Below, in pieces: positions 36,232 through 47,180 of a stretch of 64,000 nt of DNA. The stretch spans positions 3,782,001 to 3,846,000 of the forward strand of contig NC_067398.1 in the NCBI RefSeq assembly GCF_016432865.1, in the 5' to 3' direction. The notes beneath the pieces were generated by a model. The model was not told the DNA's origin. It worked only from the letters and a program-made list of their open reading frames with translations, and searched no databases. The position numbers and the translations under genes are program-made. How positions within the stretch are numbered: position 1 is the stretch's first letter; every line of letters begins with the position of its first letter. This DNA comes from Antechinus flavipes (lineage: Eukaryota).

Positions 36232-38467
36232 CCCTGGTCTCGTCCCTCCTTCCGCCCTGGCCGTGGCTGTTGCCGAAGTCGACGCGGGCTCCGCCCATCT
36301 CCGCCATCCCCGCTTGGGAATGGACGCTGGGAGGAGGCAGGCTCTGCCGGACCTGGAAGGAAGACGAGCAGGGGCGGGCGGGCTGGCGGGCGGCCCTCGG
36401 GGCCCCGGGGCCGTCCCCCCAGGACGGCCCCGCCGAGCTTCCTGTCTGTCTCCTGCGGTGTAGTTGATCATGCCTCTTTTTAAAAAGGAAAAGAAAATCA
36501 CTATTTTAAAAAGGACCTCTTTTCATGAATTTCATAAATAGAAACACGTTTTCCTGGATCGCTTTTTCTTAAAACATACCAAAAAAATGAATGAATCTTG
36601 ATGTGTTTCAGCAGTTGAACCCCTGCTCCCGACTGTCCTTCTTCCAATTCGACATCCAGACCTTCTCCCTCCTGTTCCTGCGCAGAGCAGTTGAACGGAC
36701 TCTGAGTTTCTTTCCTACTGAATGAAGTGCCTTTGGAATGTTATTTTGAGATAAAAGTTAATTTTTGTATACTGCGTATTTCCAGACATCTTTTAATCTT
36801 TTATTGTCTAACTGCTTTAAAAAAAAAAAAAAAAAAAAAAGGAGAGTTTTATAGAGCATTGTAATATATGATAACTAAAAAGGCGGAAAGAGAGGGCGGC
36901 CAGACGCCGGGGGGCGGGATTCCCCGCCCCGTGGCCACGCCGAGCCTTCCCCTGGGAATCTCTCGGCGTTTCCCGCGGTTCCGTGTTCGTCTCCATCGTC
37001 TCCGTCCGTCGGGCCGGCCCGGAGGCTCTCTGCGTTTGTGCGGCCCGAGCGCTCGAGGGAACGTCTCCCGGCGGGGAGGTGTGGGGTTGGTGTTTTTGGC
37101 AGCGCTCGCGGATCGAGCTTCCGATCCCCTCCCTCCCCACCCCGAGACGTGACGCCGTCCCATCGCTTCTCCCGCCCAGCTGCCATCCGGACGTCCTCGG
37201 CAAATGCGATGATAAAACCCCCCGTTTTCTTTGGAGGCCAAAAAAGAAATCTTTCTACAAGTCTTTCCTTTCAAATAGCCCGCTGGGGTGAGCTGGATAT
37301 CACGTCGAGCTGTTCTGGGAGCTTTCTCTTCATTGCTGCTACGTTCCGTCGGCTGACGGAACCACCCCGGCGGCTGTGATACTGTTCTTCGCCACCGTGC
37401 CTACACCAAAAACCCACTTGCTTTGATCTGCCAATATGGGAGCACCCCCGGACCCGGGAGTGCTCCCGTCTCACCTTCTGGGGGAACTAAGTGACAAAAA
37501 TGAAGCGTCTCTCCATGGCATCCGTTTTGTGGTAGTGAGTCCTCCCCGCTGGGGCCACCCTCGTGCCAGACAACGGGGGAGGAAGAGCGGCCCTCGAGAT
37601 GTTTGGGAACGGCAAGGGTCCGCCCCCTCCCAGAGCCGGGAGGCTCACCGGGGACTCGGCGGGCCGAGAGCCTTCGTTCCCCATCCAGCGCCCGTCGCCC
37701 TCGCCGCAGAAAAAGGCCAGCTGGACTCATCGCTTCCCAAAGAACCGGCCCCTCTCACGTGAGCAGCGCCCTTGTCCCGGGCCCTTCTCCTGCAGAGCAT
37801 CTCTGGTGGAGAAGGGGGGCGGATGAGCCCAGGTCACGAGCGGTCCAGCCGAGGTCAGAACCAGTTTTTTGCTTTAATTTGTATTGGATGCGGAGCAAAG
37901 AACCTCCCTGCCAAAAAGCACCCTCCGCGTCGCGGGCGCGTCCACCATGGGCCTGGGAGCGACAGCGTCTCCTTCCGTGATGAGTGTGGGCAGAGCCGCC
38001 GTTCAGTGCTCATTCATCCAACCAGTGATTGACCCCATTGCCTTAAATGTCTGTGAATGAATGTTGATCCTAAGTGTCTTTTCATGTCTCAAGTCGTCAC
38101 GGACACAGACCTTGGAACTTCTGTTCTGGCCTCCGGCGGACAGATGGATTTCAACGAGACACAACCAAATCGTGTTCTTTCTTGGCGACACGGGACCGCC
38201 TTGAGAGAGGAGAGAGGGCCTTGAAGTTCACGAAGCGGGAAGGCCGGCGCGCCATCCTCAGCCGAGCGATTCCCGGAGGCTCTGGCGGGCGGGCGCGAGG
38301 GCCGAGCTCGGCGGGGCCCCCTCCGGCCGCCTCGAGATTCCCTTTTCATTCCCGCCGTGTCTGCTGGGGCCGGACACGCGGCGTCAAAGCACCTACACTT
38401 TAACGAAGCAATAGCGTCGGAGGCCAGAAAAGGAGCAGAATGTTTGCTTTAAAAAAGGAAAAATGGA

Positions 38468-38475
38468 TACGGGTA
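38468..38475 (+). promoter_or_regulatory. miR-99/100 family 8mer site TACGGGTA
   Basis: Exact complement of seed ACCCGUA plus A1, in an AU-rich UTR context. CTDSPL (RBSP3) is a reported miR-100 target in human. Confidence 0.75.
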
Positions 38476-39314
38476 TTTTTAATTATTGCCATTTGTTAAT
38501 TTATAGGCCTTCAAAGTAAGAAAAGGTTCAAATGTTGTATCTACATGTGCCATATGTCTCCCTCCATCGCCAAAGCAGTCCTGAGTTGAGTCTTGTGTCG
38601 AGCCCGAGAAAGGGGCCGTGGCCCCCGGCCTGTGGGCCGCCTCGGTGCCTTTGGGGGGCCAGGCAGGACGCCTGGGGTGCTGGAAACCCACGCGAGGGTG
38701 GCCGTGTGAAGCAGGAGAGGGGCCACGGTGCCCCAGCTTCTCCGGACGGTGCCGGGGTGGCCCCGGGACTTTCCCAGAAGTCTGGGAGCGCTTCCCCCTC
38801 GGGTTTTCCGAGCAGTGTTTTTGTTCATGGAGAAGAAAGGTTCCGCTGGGCCGGTGGAAGGGACAATCCCATCCTAGGGGCGCCGGGCGAGGCCGACGAC
38901 GGACGTGGAGAGGAGGGAGCCGTGGGACGGGCGGGCACGGCCTTCTCCGTTTAAGGCACTTTCTGGCCGACGCCGAGCTGCGGCCCCCGGCGGGCGCGGG
39001 GAGCTTCCCGGCCACTGATGTCCCCAGTGCTGGGTCGGGCGGGAGGCCGTGGCAGCTGCCCGGGCTTCTCCTGGCTAACTATGCAACCTGAGCTGTACGG
39101 TCTTTGTTACGTTGTGCCGGGAACTCGGTGCATCTGCCTGGTATGTTCCGGGAGCTTCCTTCGCAGCTTGAGAGCCGGCCAGCGGCGGGCGAGGGACTTG
39201 TCCGGCCGGCCTGGATCTGGGAGGACCTTGGTGGCGGAAGGAGCCTGGAAGAGCGCCGGGCCGTGGGAGGAGGGCCGTCACTCGGGAGGGCGCCACGCTT
39301 TCCTCACTGTCCAA

Positions 39315-39320
39315 AATAAA
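39315..39320 (+). terminator. Putative CTDSPL polyadenylation signal AATAAA
   Basis: AATAAA followed ~30 nt later by the GT-rich stretch gtgctgtggtt. Confidence 0.7.
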
Positions 39321-42300
39321 GAGTTTTTAACAACGAGAGGCGCGTGCTGTGGTTCACTGTGGGCTGCGCTCCTTCCCCCGCCGCTCTCCGGGCCCGGCGG
39401 CTCGCCAGCCCCCTCGGCGCCGCTCGCTCAGTGGCAGCCGGGCCGAGCTCCTGTCAAGGTCTTTGCTTTTCCTCAGCTTTTAGGTTTGCTTCTCCCGACG
39501 TCCCTCGTGCATCACCCCAAACGTGGCTCCTGGAACAGGAGGGACGCGTCGGGGCGTTCTGTCAGCACCGGCTCCCCTGGAGCTCTCGGGGACAGGAGCC
39601 GGAGCCTCCGGGGAAAGTGGTCTCCCTTTTTATAAAAGTGGCTGTGAAACCTCCGGAGCTCCAGCCACAGCCACAGAGACCGACCCTGCGGTAAAACAGG
39701 GTCCTGTGAGGGGGATCCTGGACAGTCCCCCCCCAACTGTCCGCCAGGATCAGCTCAGCCGTGTGGGGCTAAAGCTCCCAGGTAACGGGCTGGCCGAGGT
39801 CAGGGCTCCCCGTCCCAGAAGGCTTTGCACCGGGCGGGCTTGAGGGGGAAACATTTCTAGAACATGCTGGGAAGATGGAAGTGCCAGATGCTCTGAATAC
39901 CCCTCCCCCATCTGGTTCAGCCGGCCCAGTCCCTAGAGATACCCAGGGAGACGGACGGGGGGGACATGAACCCCTGGGTGCAGAGTCTGTGAGACTGAGA
40001 ATGAGGGGGCTGGTAGTGAAGGGGTTATAATGAGCGCCGGCCCTGGCCGCAGATCCCCCCCCCCCCCCAGGCCCGGCCGACGTGGGGCAAGTCCCTCTCA
40101 GGCCTGTGCTTGCCACAGGGCGCCCATCGAGCTCCTCCGCTGCACTTCCCCTGGCATCCCACGTGCAGCCTGTGGGCAGCAAGCACCTACTGTGTGCAGG
40201 CTCTGGTCAGATGCACACACTCCGGGAGAGGCCGGGAGGTGGAGGCGGGGCATAACGGGGGTGGGGGGGGGGGTGGCAGGAAGGCAGGGGCGGAGTCCCT
40301 GCAGTGACTCAGCTACAAAAGGGACAGGAGGGTCCCAGGAGAGGGGGGAGGCTTCTCAGTGGGCCCCGACCTGAGGGGAAAAGCACGACTCGAAATCCCA
40401 TTGTGTGTGAGCCCATCTGGCTTTGGATCTGCAAGCCCAGTGGACAGCCGGAGCCAAGGAGCCGGGCACTGAGCTGGCTCCTTCCGTCCTCCCCAAAGCC
40501 ATCTGTCCTCCTGTCAAAGGTGCTCCGGGGTGCCAGGGAGAACAGGAAGCTGGCCGTGGCAGGATCCATAAATAGCACCAAGCCTACGGGTGCCTCTGGG
40601 AGCCAGGCCGCAGCAGGGGGCACAGAGTGAGGGGGGAGGGGCACACGGGGCCACACGGAGCCCCCGCCCTCAGCAGCCTGCATCCCCCCAGTATATGAGT
40701 GAAGGAAGAAGGACCAGACAGTGGGGGTGGGGAGGAGGGGGGAGAGCAGCCGCATTCGCACAGAGAGCTGAGGCGGGGCTCACAGGAAGCAGGTTCCCTG
40801 CCCACAGAGGGCAGAGATGAGGATGCCCCGGGGGCCAATGGGGCCTGACCATAGAGGGGCCGGGGGGGGGGGGGGGGGGGGGGACAGGCTAGAGAGGCCC
40901 CCGGCCCTTCTGTTCCAGGCCGCCATTCCTGGCACGGACGGTCTGCTTCTGCAAGTGCAGAGGTAGCCTCTCAGTCCTCCCAGCCAGCCTCATGGCCTTC
41001 CTGCTTCTCGGTGGTCCCGGCAGGCCGGCCGCCTTCAGAGGCCTCCCTGAAAGGGGGCACCCGGAGTCTGCTTCCACCCAGACCTCCCAGCGTGTCCCAG
41101 GCTCTGGCGCTCCTCTGTCCCGGTGGCCAGACCAACTCCCCCCCCCCCCCCCCCCCCCCGCCATTGCTCTTGGTTCCGCCCTTGGGGCCAAACAGAAGCA
41201 CCCGAAGGCCTCTCCTCTCGTATTCCTCCTGGGCCTTCCTCTCACCGGAGTCGGGACAACCCCCCAAGGTGACCGGTACCCCCAGGAGCTCGGGATCCTC
41301 CCCACTGGCTCAAGCCCCACTGCCTTGTGCTTCAGCTCCCCCGAGCCGCCTTCCCATCAGATTTCTTTGTCAGAAGAACACTTCCTTCAGAGCAAATGTC
41401 CCAGCATCCTCCCCGGTGCCCCAAGGTGCCATCTCCTTCCCTCCTGCTCACCTCCCCCTCCCTGTTCCCTCCTGCCCACCTGCCCAAAGGATCATGGGAG
41501 GCCCCTACCCCAGTTTGGCTCAATTCCCACATTGCCTGGTCCGCCCAGCCCCCCCAAGTTCCCGGCCAGCTTCCCCCGGCCTCCCTGCTGGGCCGGCCGC
41601 CACACCTGGCCTGCATTCCTAGCCCCTGGCTTGGGGAGACGGCCACGGGAGAGGCCCAAAGTCCAGGCCTAGGGGCTGGCGGGGAGGGCTGAAGGTCTTC
41701 AGAACCTCCCCCTTTACCACGTGATGTCACAGAGGCCGGTGAAAGTGCTTTTCACTTTCAGACCAAAAGTGGGGAAGAGCTCCAAGGGGCAGCCGCCGAA
41801 GGTTCCATGGTGGGAGATCCCTGGCACGCGGCTGCTCCCCAGCCCACGGCGGACCCCCACAGAAGGCCCCTGGGCCGGCTTTCCGGGCTCCCAAAAGCAG
41901 ATCCAGCTTCCCCAGGGAACACTAGAGCGGGGAGACGTGAGTCCTTCATCTCCAGCCTCTAGCCTGGAACAGGCTCCTTGAGGACAGAGAGCAGCGCATT
42001 TTAACTTAGGCCCTTGGTACTTGGCCCAGAGCCCGCACACAGGACACGGACAAGCTCGCCACGGGTTCCCTGGCGCTCCCTTGGCTAGGCCCCACTAGGA
42101 GCACTCCCCGAAGGTCGAGCTCCCCAACGCGTGGCTCCTACTCAGAGTTCTTGGGACTTAGGCTACTCCCAGCCTGCTCGTGAGCTTCCCACTGATTGTC
42201 AGTAGCCTCGCTTCTCTTAGCAAAGGGGTCGACTCCACGGGTAGAGTAAGCTCCCCCAAAAATGCCCCCCAAAGTCGGCTGCGGAACCTGCCAGCAGCCC

Positions 42301-42939
42301 AGGCTCAGAGTGGGGACAGGCTGAGACTCAGAGTCGTGCGTGGAGCCCATGCGGGACCCCGGGGAAACGCTCAGTTCCTTGTTTATGAAAATCCTGGGAT
42401 CTCGAGTCCTGAGCCAACATTCTTTGGTTCCCGATGAGTCCGGCTTCCTCCCCCGGCTGGCTGGTCCTCCCGCCCGTGTTTGTCCTCCATGTGTCTGGGT
42501 CGGGTGTCTCCTCCCACTCCCAAATATCCAATGACATGGACCGTGGGGCCAGGGCGACTAGCTCACTCCCTCGGGACTCCCTCCCCCGTCCCTGTTCTCT
42601 TCTGGTACAGGCCTAAGGGGGCTCTCTGGGTATTCCCGAGCCTGGAGGCCTCCCCCACCCAGCCGACCACCCACCGACCTGGACTGCAGACAGTCATTTC
42701 CCCCAGTTTTAAAAATCCACCCGAGTTATGGTTGGTCATTTGGCAGCTAATCGGTCAAAGTTCTGGCCCCAATCAAAGAGGACATAGAAGGACATATGAA
42801 GTCACGCAAAACACTTCCATGTTGTGTTGTGAGAGAAAACGCAGCCCAAACAACCAGGAGAAAAATAAAGCTAAAAAGTGCTCCTGAATCTGCATTCAGA
42901 CTCCATCCGTTCTTTCTCTGGAGATGGAATGCATTTTTC

Positions 42940-43116
42940 TTTCTTTCTTTTTTTTTTTTTTTTTTTGGGGGGGGGGGGGCCTGAGGTAACTGGGATTAAG
43001 TGACTTGCCCAGGGTCACACAGCCAGGAAGTTTTAAGTGTCTGAGGGCAGATTTGAACTCAGGTCCTCCTGACTTAAGGGCTGGGGTTCTATCCACTGCG
43101 CCCCCTAGCTGCCCCT
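42940..43116 (-). mobile_element. WSINE1-like tRNA-derived SINE with poly(A) tail and ~16-bp TSD
   Basis: Reverse strand reads ggggcagctagggggcgcagtggatagaac…ggacctgagttcaaatc…gtgaccctgggcaagtcacttaa. TSD atggaatgcatttttc (42924) / atggatggcatttttc (43117), 14/16 identical. Confidence 0.9.
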
Positions 43117-43744
43117 ATGGATGGCATTTTTCATCATGAGACTGTCAGAATGGACCCGGATCATTGTGCAGCTGCTGCAAATAGCTCGGTCACTCACAGT
43201 GACCCTCCATGACAGTATCGCTATTTCTTTGGACACTAGTGTCCTGGTTCTGCTCATTTCCCTTTGCAGGCCTCCTCATCAGCATTTCTTAGAGCACAGA
43301 AGCATTCCATCCCAACTCGGTTCAGCCATCCCCGCTCAATGGGCATCCCCTCAGCTTTCACCTTTTTGCCGCCACTCACAGACCTTCTGTAAATATTTTT
43401 GAACGAATGGGTTGTTTTGGGTTTTCTCTCTCTGGAATACAGACCTAGCTGTCGTCCTGCTGAGTCAAAGGGGATCCGTGCTTTTCTAGCTTTTTGGACA
43501 CAGTTCCAAATTCCCCCCAAAGTGCTTAGATTACTCCACAATTTCACCAACAATGCATTAGTTTCCTAATTTTCCCGCATCCCCTGGAACAGTTGTCATT
43601 TTCCCTTTCTGTCATATTAGACATCTGCTATGTGTGAGGTGGTACTTGAGAGTCATTTGCATTTTTCTCTGATCAATAGTGATTTAGAGCATTTTTAATG
43701 TGTCTATCAATGGCTTTGATTTCTTCTTTTAAAAACTGCCAGTT

Positions 43745-43884
43745 TGGGCCACTACGTGATACAGGGGATAGAGCCCCAGTCCTGAAGTCAGAAGGACCTG
43801 AGTTCAAATGTGACCTGAGACACTTAACACTGCCTAGCTGTGTGACCCTGGGCAAGTCACTTAACCCTAATTACCTCAGAGGAA
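43745..43884 (+). mobile_element. WSINE1-like SINE with 14-bp TSD
   Basis: ggatagagccccagtcctgaagtcagaaggacctgagttcaaat…ctgggcaagtcacttaacc. TSD aaaaactgccagtt (43731) / aaaaattgccagtt (43885), at a TTTT|AAAA L1-endonuclease site. Confidence 0.92.
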
Positions 43885-44469
43885 AAAAATTGCCAGTTCA
43901 TATCCTTTGATCATTTATCAGTTGGGGAATGGCTCTTGTTTTTATAAAATTGACAGTCCTCTACCTATCTGAGAAATGAGGCCTTTTTCAGAGAAACTTG
44001 CTATACAATTTTTTCATGATTATTTGACAATGATTATTTATTTAACAATCATATTTCCAATTTTAGACATCTAATCATATTAATTGAGATGGATACGTCA
44101 AAGCCTTTCCCTTATATTCTTCCTCTTCTCCCCTCACTCAGTCTCCAATTTTAGAAGCTATCTAGGAATCTAGAGAGGTTCAGGAATTATCCTTTTCAGG
44201 GTCTTCTCAAGTGCTTCATGTGAAAGAGCTTCCAAAAAATCCATATGGCACAGTTCACAAACAACTGGAAATGAACATTCTTAGATCCAAATACAGATAT
44301 CCTTCTACAAAATTCTCATGTGACATATCCTCAACTAGGTCTCGGTGCTTGCAAAAGACTTTCCCCGAGCCCTCACCCATTAAAAAAAAAAAAAAAAAAA
44401 AAAAAGGTTAGATGAAAGGAAAAGAAAATCAAACTTCCCATTTCCAAAGAAAAACTTATTCTTATTTTC

Positions 44470-44692
44470 CAGTTGTATCTGATTTTTCACGGTCCCATTT
44501 TGGAGTTTTGTGGGCAAAGATACTAGAGTGATTTCCCATTTTCTTTTCCAGCTTGTTTTACAGATGAGTAAACTGAGGTAAATAGGGTTAAGTGAATTGT
44601 TTAGAGACACACAGCTAGGAAGGGTCTGAGGCTGGATTGAACTCAGGGAGATGAGGCTTCTTGATTGCCCACCATTCTATCCACTGCTCCAT
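44470..44692 (-). mobile_element. Mar1-type CORE-SINE (RTE-like tail)
   Basis: gggcaaagatactagagtgatttcccattt…ttttacagatgagtaaactgagg…cacacagctagg…tctatccactgc. Confidence 0.75.
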
Positions 44693-44765
44693 GCATTTGT
44701 GGAACAACCAAATAGTTTCTAATTCACCCTACCGGAGGACACACAATGTTTTTCTTATTTTAAAG

Positions 44766-44883
44766 CCAACCTTGACTTCTTTCTTTATTGTGTGATGTGC
44801 CCTGACAGTTTGTGTAAGATCTTTGTGGATTGTGGGTTCTGGGACCCCCCTGGATCCCAGGGACCCAGAATGGGATTGGAATG
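44766..44883 (+). pseudogene. Candidate exon A of an unidentified spliced locus (ends in ATG)
   Basis: Acceptor tgtttttcttattttaaag, donor ATG|gtgagg; one frame is open (NLDFFLYCVMCPDSLCKIFVDCGFW…). Confidence 0.35.
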
Positions 44884-45521
44884 GTGAGGGTCCAATTTTG
44901 GGGGGGGAGCAATTGGGAATAATATCCACGGCACATAGACTATTCAGACATTAGACGTTTGAAAGCAAAATCCTAGAATCTTGCAAGTCACAGGAAGGCA
45001 GTACAGCTCCCTGTGAATACAGAGGAGCGATTCTACGACAAACCCAGCCGACCACACTCAACTAAGCCTGGTGTTAAAGAGCTTTCCTCTACCTCACCAT
45101 CATGTAAGGAGAAAACCTCAATCGATGGCAAGGATCACAAGGCTGAGCCATGGGATGAAAGGCAGAAAACTTCTTGTGAAGGTTGGGAGCAAGTCACATC
45201 TCTAGGACTATGCATAAAAACACTGAGTCAGTGAAACGAACAGAAAGTTCAAGCTAAGGCCCTCCAAGGGAATTAGAGTGGTAGGGGGAGAGAGATGGAA
45301 GGTGGAGGAGGAAGGGTGACTGAGATATTGAAGAAAATGGATCTGAGAGAGACAGCCACCAGCAGGAATGAGAGACATAATGGGGGCAATCACAACTCTT
45401 CCAGGAAAAGGCTCCTTCTGTTCTCTCATCTCCTGTTTGGCAGGTGACAAGCCTTAGCCCCCATATCCCGAGGGAAGGATGGGCTGAGTATCCCCTTCCT
45501 GTTATTCTCTTTTGATTTTAG

Positions 45522-45823
45522 ATGGAGTATTCAGAGACAGGAATTACAAGGAACCACATGAATGGCAGTTATCCAGAAGTCCTATCGGAATCCCTCTGGT
45601 GACTTGGGGTAACGCAGTGGCTTCCAACTGAAGAAGTGCTTGCCGATGGACGAAGAAAGCCCATGGCCCAAGAATGGCGACAGCTTCAGGGAGTGAGACC
45701 CCTTGTGGCAGAGAGAATACCATTGTGGACTCCCAGACGCTTAAAGAATCCAGAAGAGAGCACCATCGAAGAGAAAGTTCTTTACGACTCGGAGAAAGGA
45801 GAGGAGGAACTCCTCTGTAAGGG
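45522..45823 (+). pseudogene. Candidate exon B: 100 codons with one in-frame TGA
   Basis: Strong acceptor tccccttcctgttattctcttttgattttag, donor gtgagc. Phase-0 frame MEYSETGITRNHMNGSYPEVLSESLW*LGVTQWLPTEEVLADG…EEELLCK, ending in phase 2. Confidence 0.45.
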
Positions 45824-46685
45824 GTGAGCTCGCCCTTTAGCCCACACAACTCACCACCTCGTATTCTAAACTTGAGCCCACTTGTCCCGGGATATATGTG
45901 TGTTTACGAGCAGAGTCTGCTCCCCAATTTGGAGGAAAAGTTTTTGTACCAACCCTTCTTCCTCTAGCTTTAGTTATCGCGTTTCTAAAATGAAGTCTGC
46001 CTGACAAATGGAGAGGCGGGAGCTGAGCTTACTGATGAGGGCTCAAGATCAATGCACTAGAAATCCAGTCCCACGGAATTTCTCCAGAACCTTGAGTGAC
46101 ATTAGGTCTGGGCGACCCAACCTATAACTGGGAGTGGAAATTGGAGGAGGGGGCCGATGGGGAACGCTACCCTGAAATCTTCAGATCAGCTGCCACAAAG
46201 AAACAAGTCCCTGGGAAACTCCACGATCTTGCTTTGTCATGGATAATGCTAAACTCACGGTCAATATAGTTAGATCCTGAAGGGATCTGAGAGATCGCCC
46301 TAAAACATCCCTACTAAATGGGTAGGGAGGCTCTGAAGTTCTCTCTAGAGACATCCTGAACTTCTTAATGTTGTATATAGTATTGGGGTGCTGTGTCTTG
46401 GTGCATAGAAAAATATTCAGAAAGACCTGAATTCTAAATCCAGCCCTGCTGCTTCCCAAGTTTTTGAAGCCCTTAAGCCCCCATTTCTTCCTAAGTGGTA
46501 GGTGGGCGGAGCACCCAGCCCTCCTCCTCTCCTAGCTGGCTCACTCATCCATCCTGTGTTTCCTCTGGTTGGCTGGGGCTTCCCAGCAGGAGCTGCCTTT
46601 CTCTGGGTTGGGGGGATAACTGGTGGGAGCAAACCCTGTGCAACTCCCAGATCCACATCACTCGGCTTCCCAGCTAATCACTCAG

Positions 46686-47180
46686 CCAAGATGATTCCAT
46701 TGACTTAAAAAAAAAGGCAGAACACAACATTACACACACAAATCTAGGAAACTCTCCACGAATGTGCACAATGTCCACAGGGCGAATGGGCCCAAACATA
46801 CAGAACCACGGCATGGAGTGCAGGTCTGGGATGGCCCACAACTCTGGACAGTGGACCTTGAAGTCCTTGGTTTCCCCCATCACAGCTGGATGAGCTGTTG
46901 TTCTTTCTCCAACCAACTGGCTTAACCACAAAGTTCCTGATAAAGGGTCCATGACAGGTCACAAGCCTTCTGCAAAGCAGATCCCCTCCACTCCTGTCCA
47001 GAGAAGAAATCCGCCATTTTCTGGCATATGGAATGGGCCAATAAGGAGGATGGTAACTGACAATCTGACTAATTATAACTCAGAACAAAGGGAGCCTTGA
47101 AGGGAAGGAGTGTCCACTGGGGAGCACACCTCTTCTTGTGAGAATCTGTGAATAAAGAACTCTTCTGTCACTTAAAAGAG
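46686..47180 (+). pseudogene. Candidate terminal exon C: ~138 codons with one internal TGA, stop 47098-47100, AATAAA 47151
   Basis: Possible acceptor ctaatcactcag; a phase-2 start joins exon B in frame; the poly(A) signal lies 50 nt after the stop. Confidence 0.4.

Larger units (their letters stand above)
36232..39340 (+). other. CTDSPL: CTDSPL 3'UTR (end approximate)
   Basis: Runs from the stop codon to the first canonical AATAAA I found (39315); contains AT-rich blocks with miRNA seed matches. Confidence 0.7.
42700..44010 (-). mobile_element. Old L1 3' fragment, interrupted by two SINEs
   Basis: atctgcattcagactccat…gcatttttcatcatgag…ccaacaatgcattag…atatcctttgatcatttatcagttggggaatggc resembles antisense marsupial L1. 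Confidence 0.75.

Noticed and set aside
36819-36840. A22 tract as the tail of a retroposed insert or as the mRNA end
   Set aside because: No upstream retroelement body, TSD or AATAAA. It is a genomic A-run that would cause oligo-dT internal priming.
46032-46064. Hammerhead ribozyme core CTGATGAG…GAAA
   Set aside because: No stem II: the base before GAAA is A rather than C, and the intervening sequence is not self-complementary; no stems I or III found.
45968-46260. Additional middle exon for the 44.8-47.2 kb candidate gene
   Set aside because: The acceptor is plausible, but the phase-matched frame has three stops in ~100 codons, no better than chance.
45522-47180. Selenoprotein reading of the two in-frame TGAs
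   Set aside because: No SECIS-like hairpin (ATGA…AA…GA) is evident in the short candidate 3'UTR, and there is no redox-motif context.
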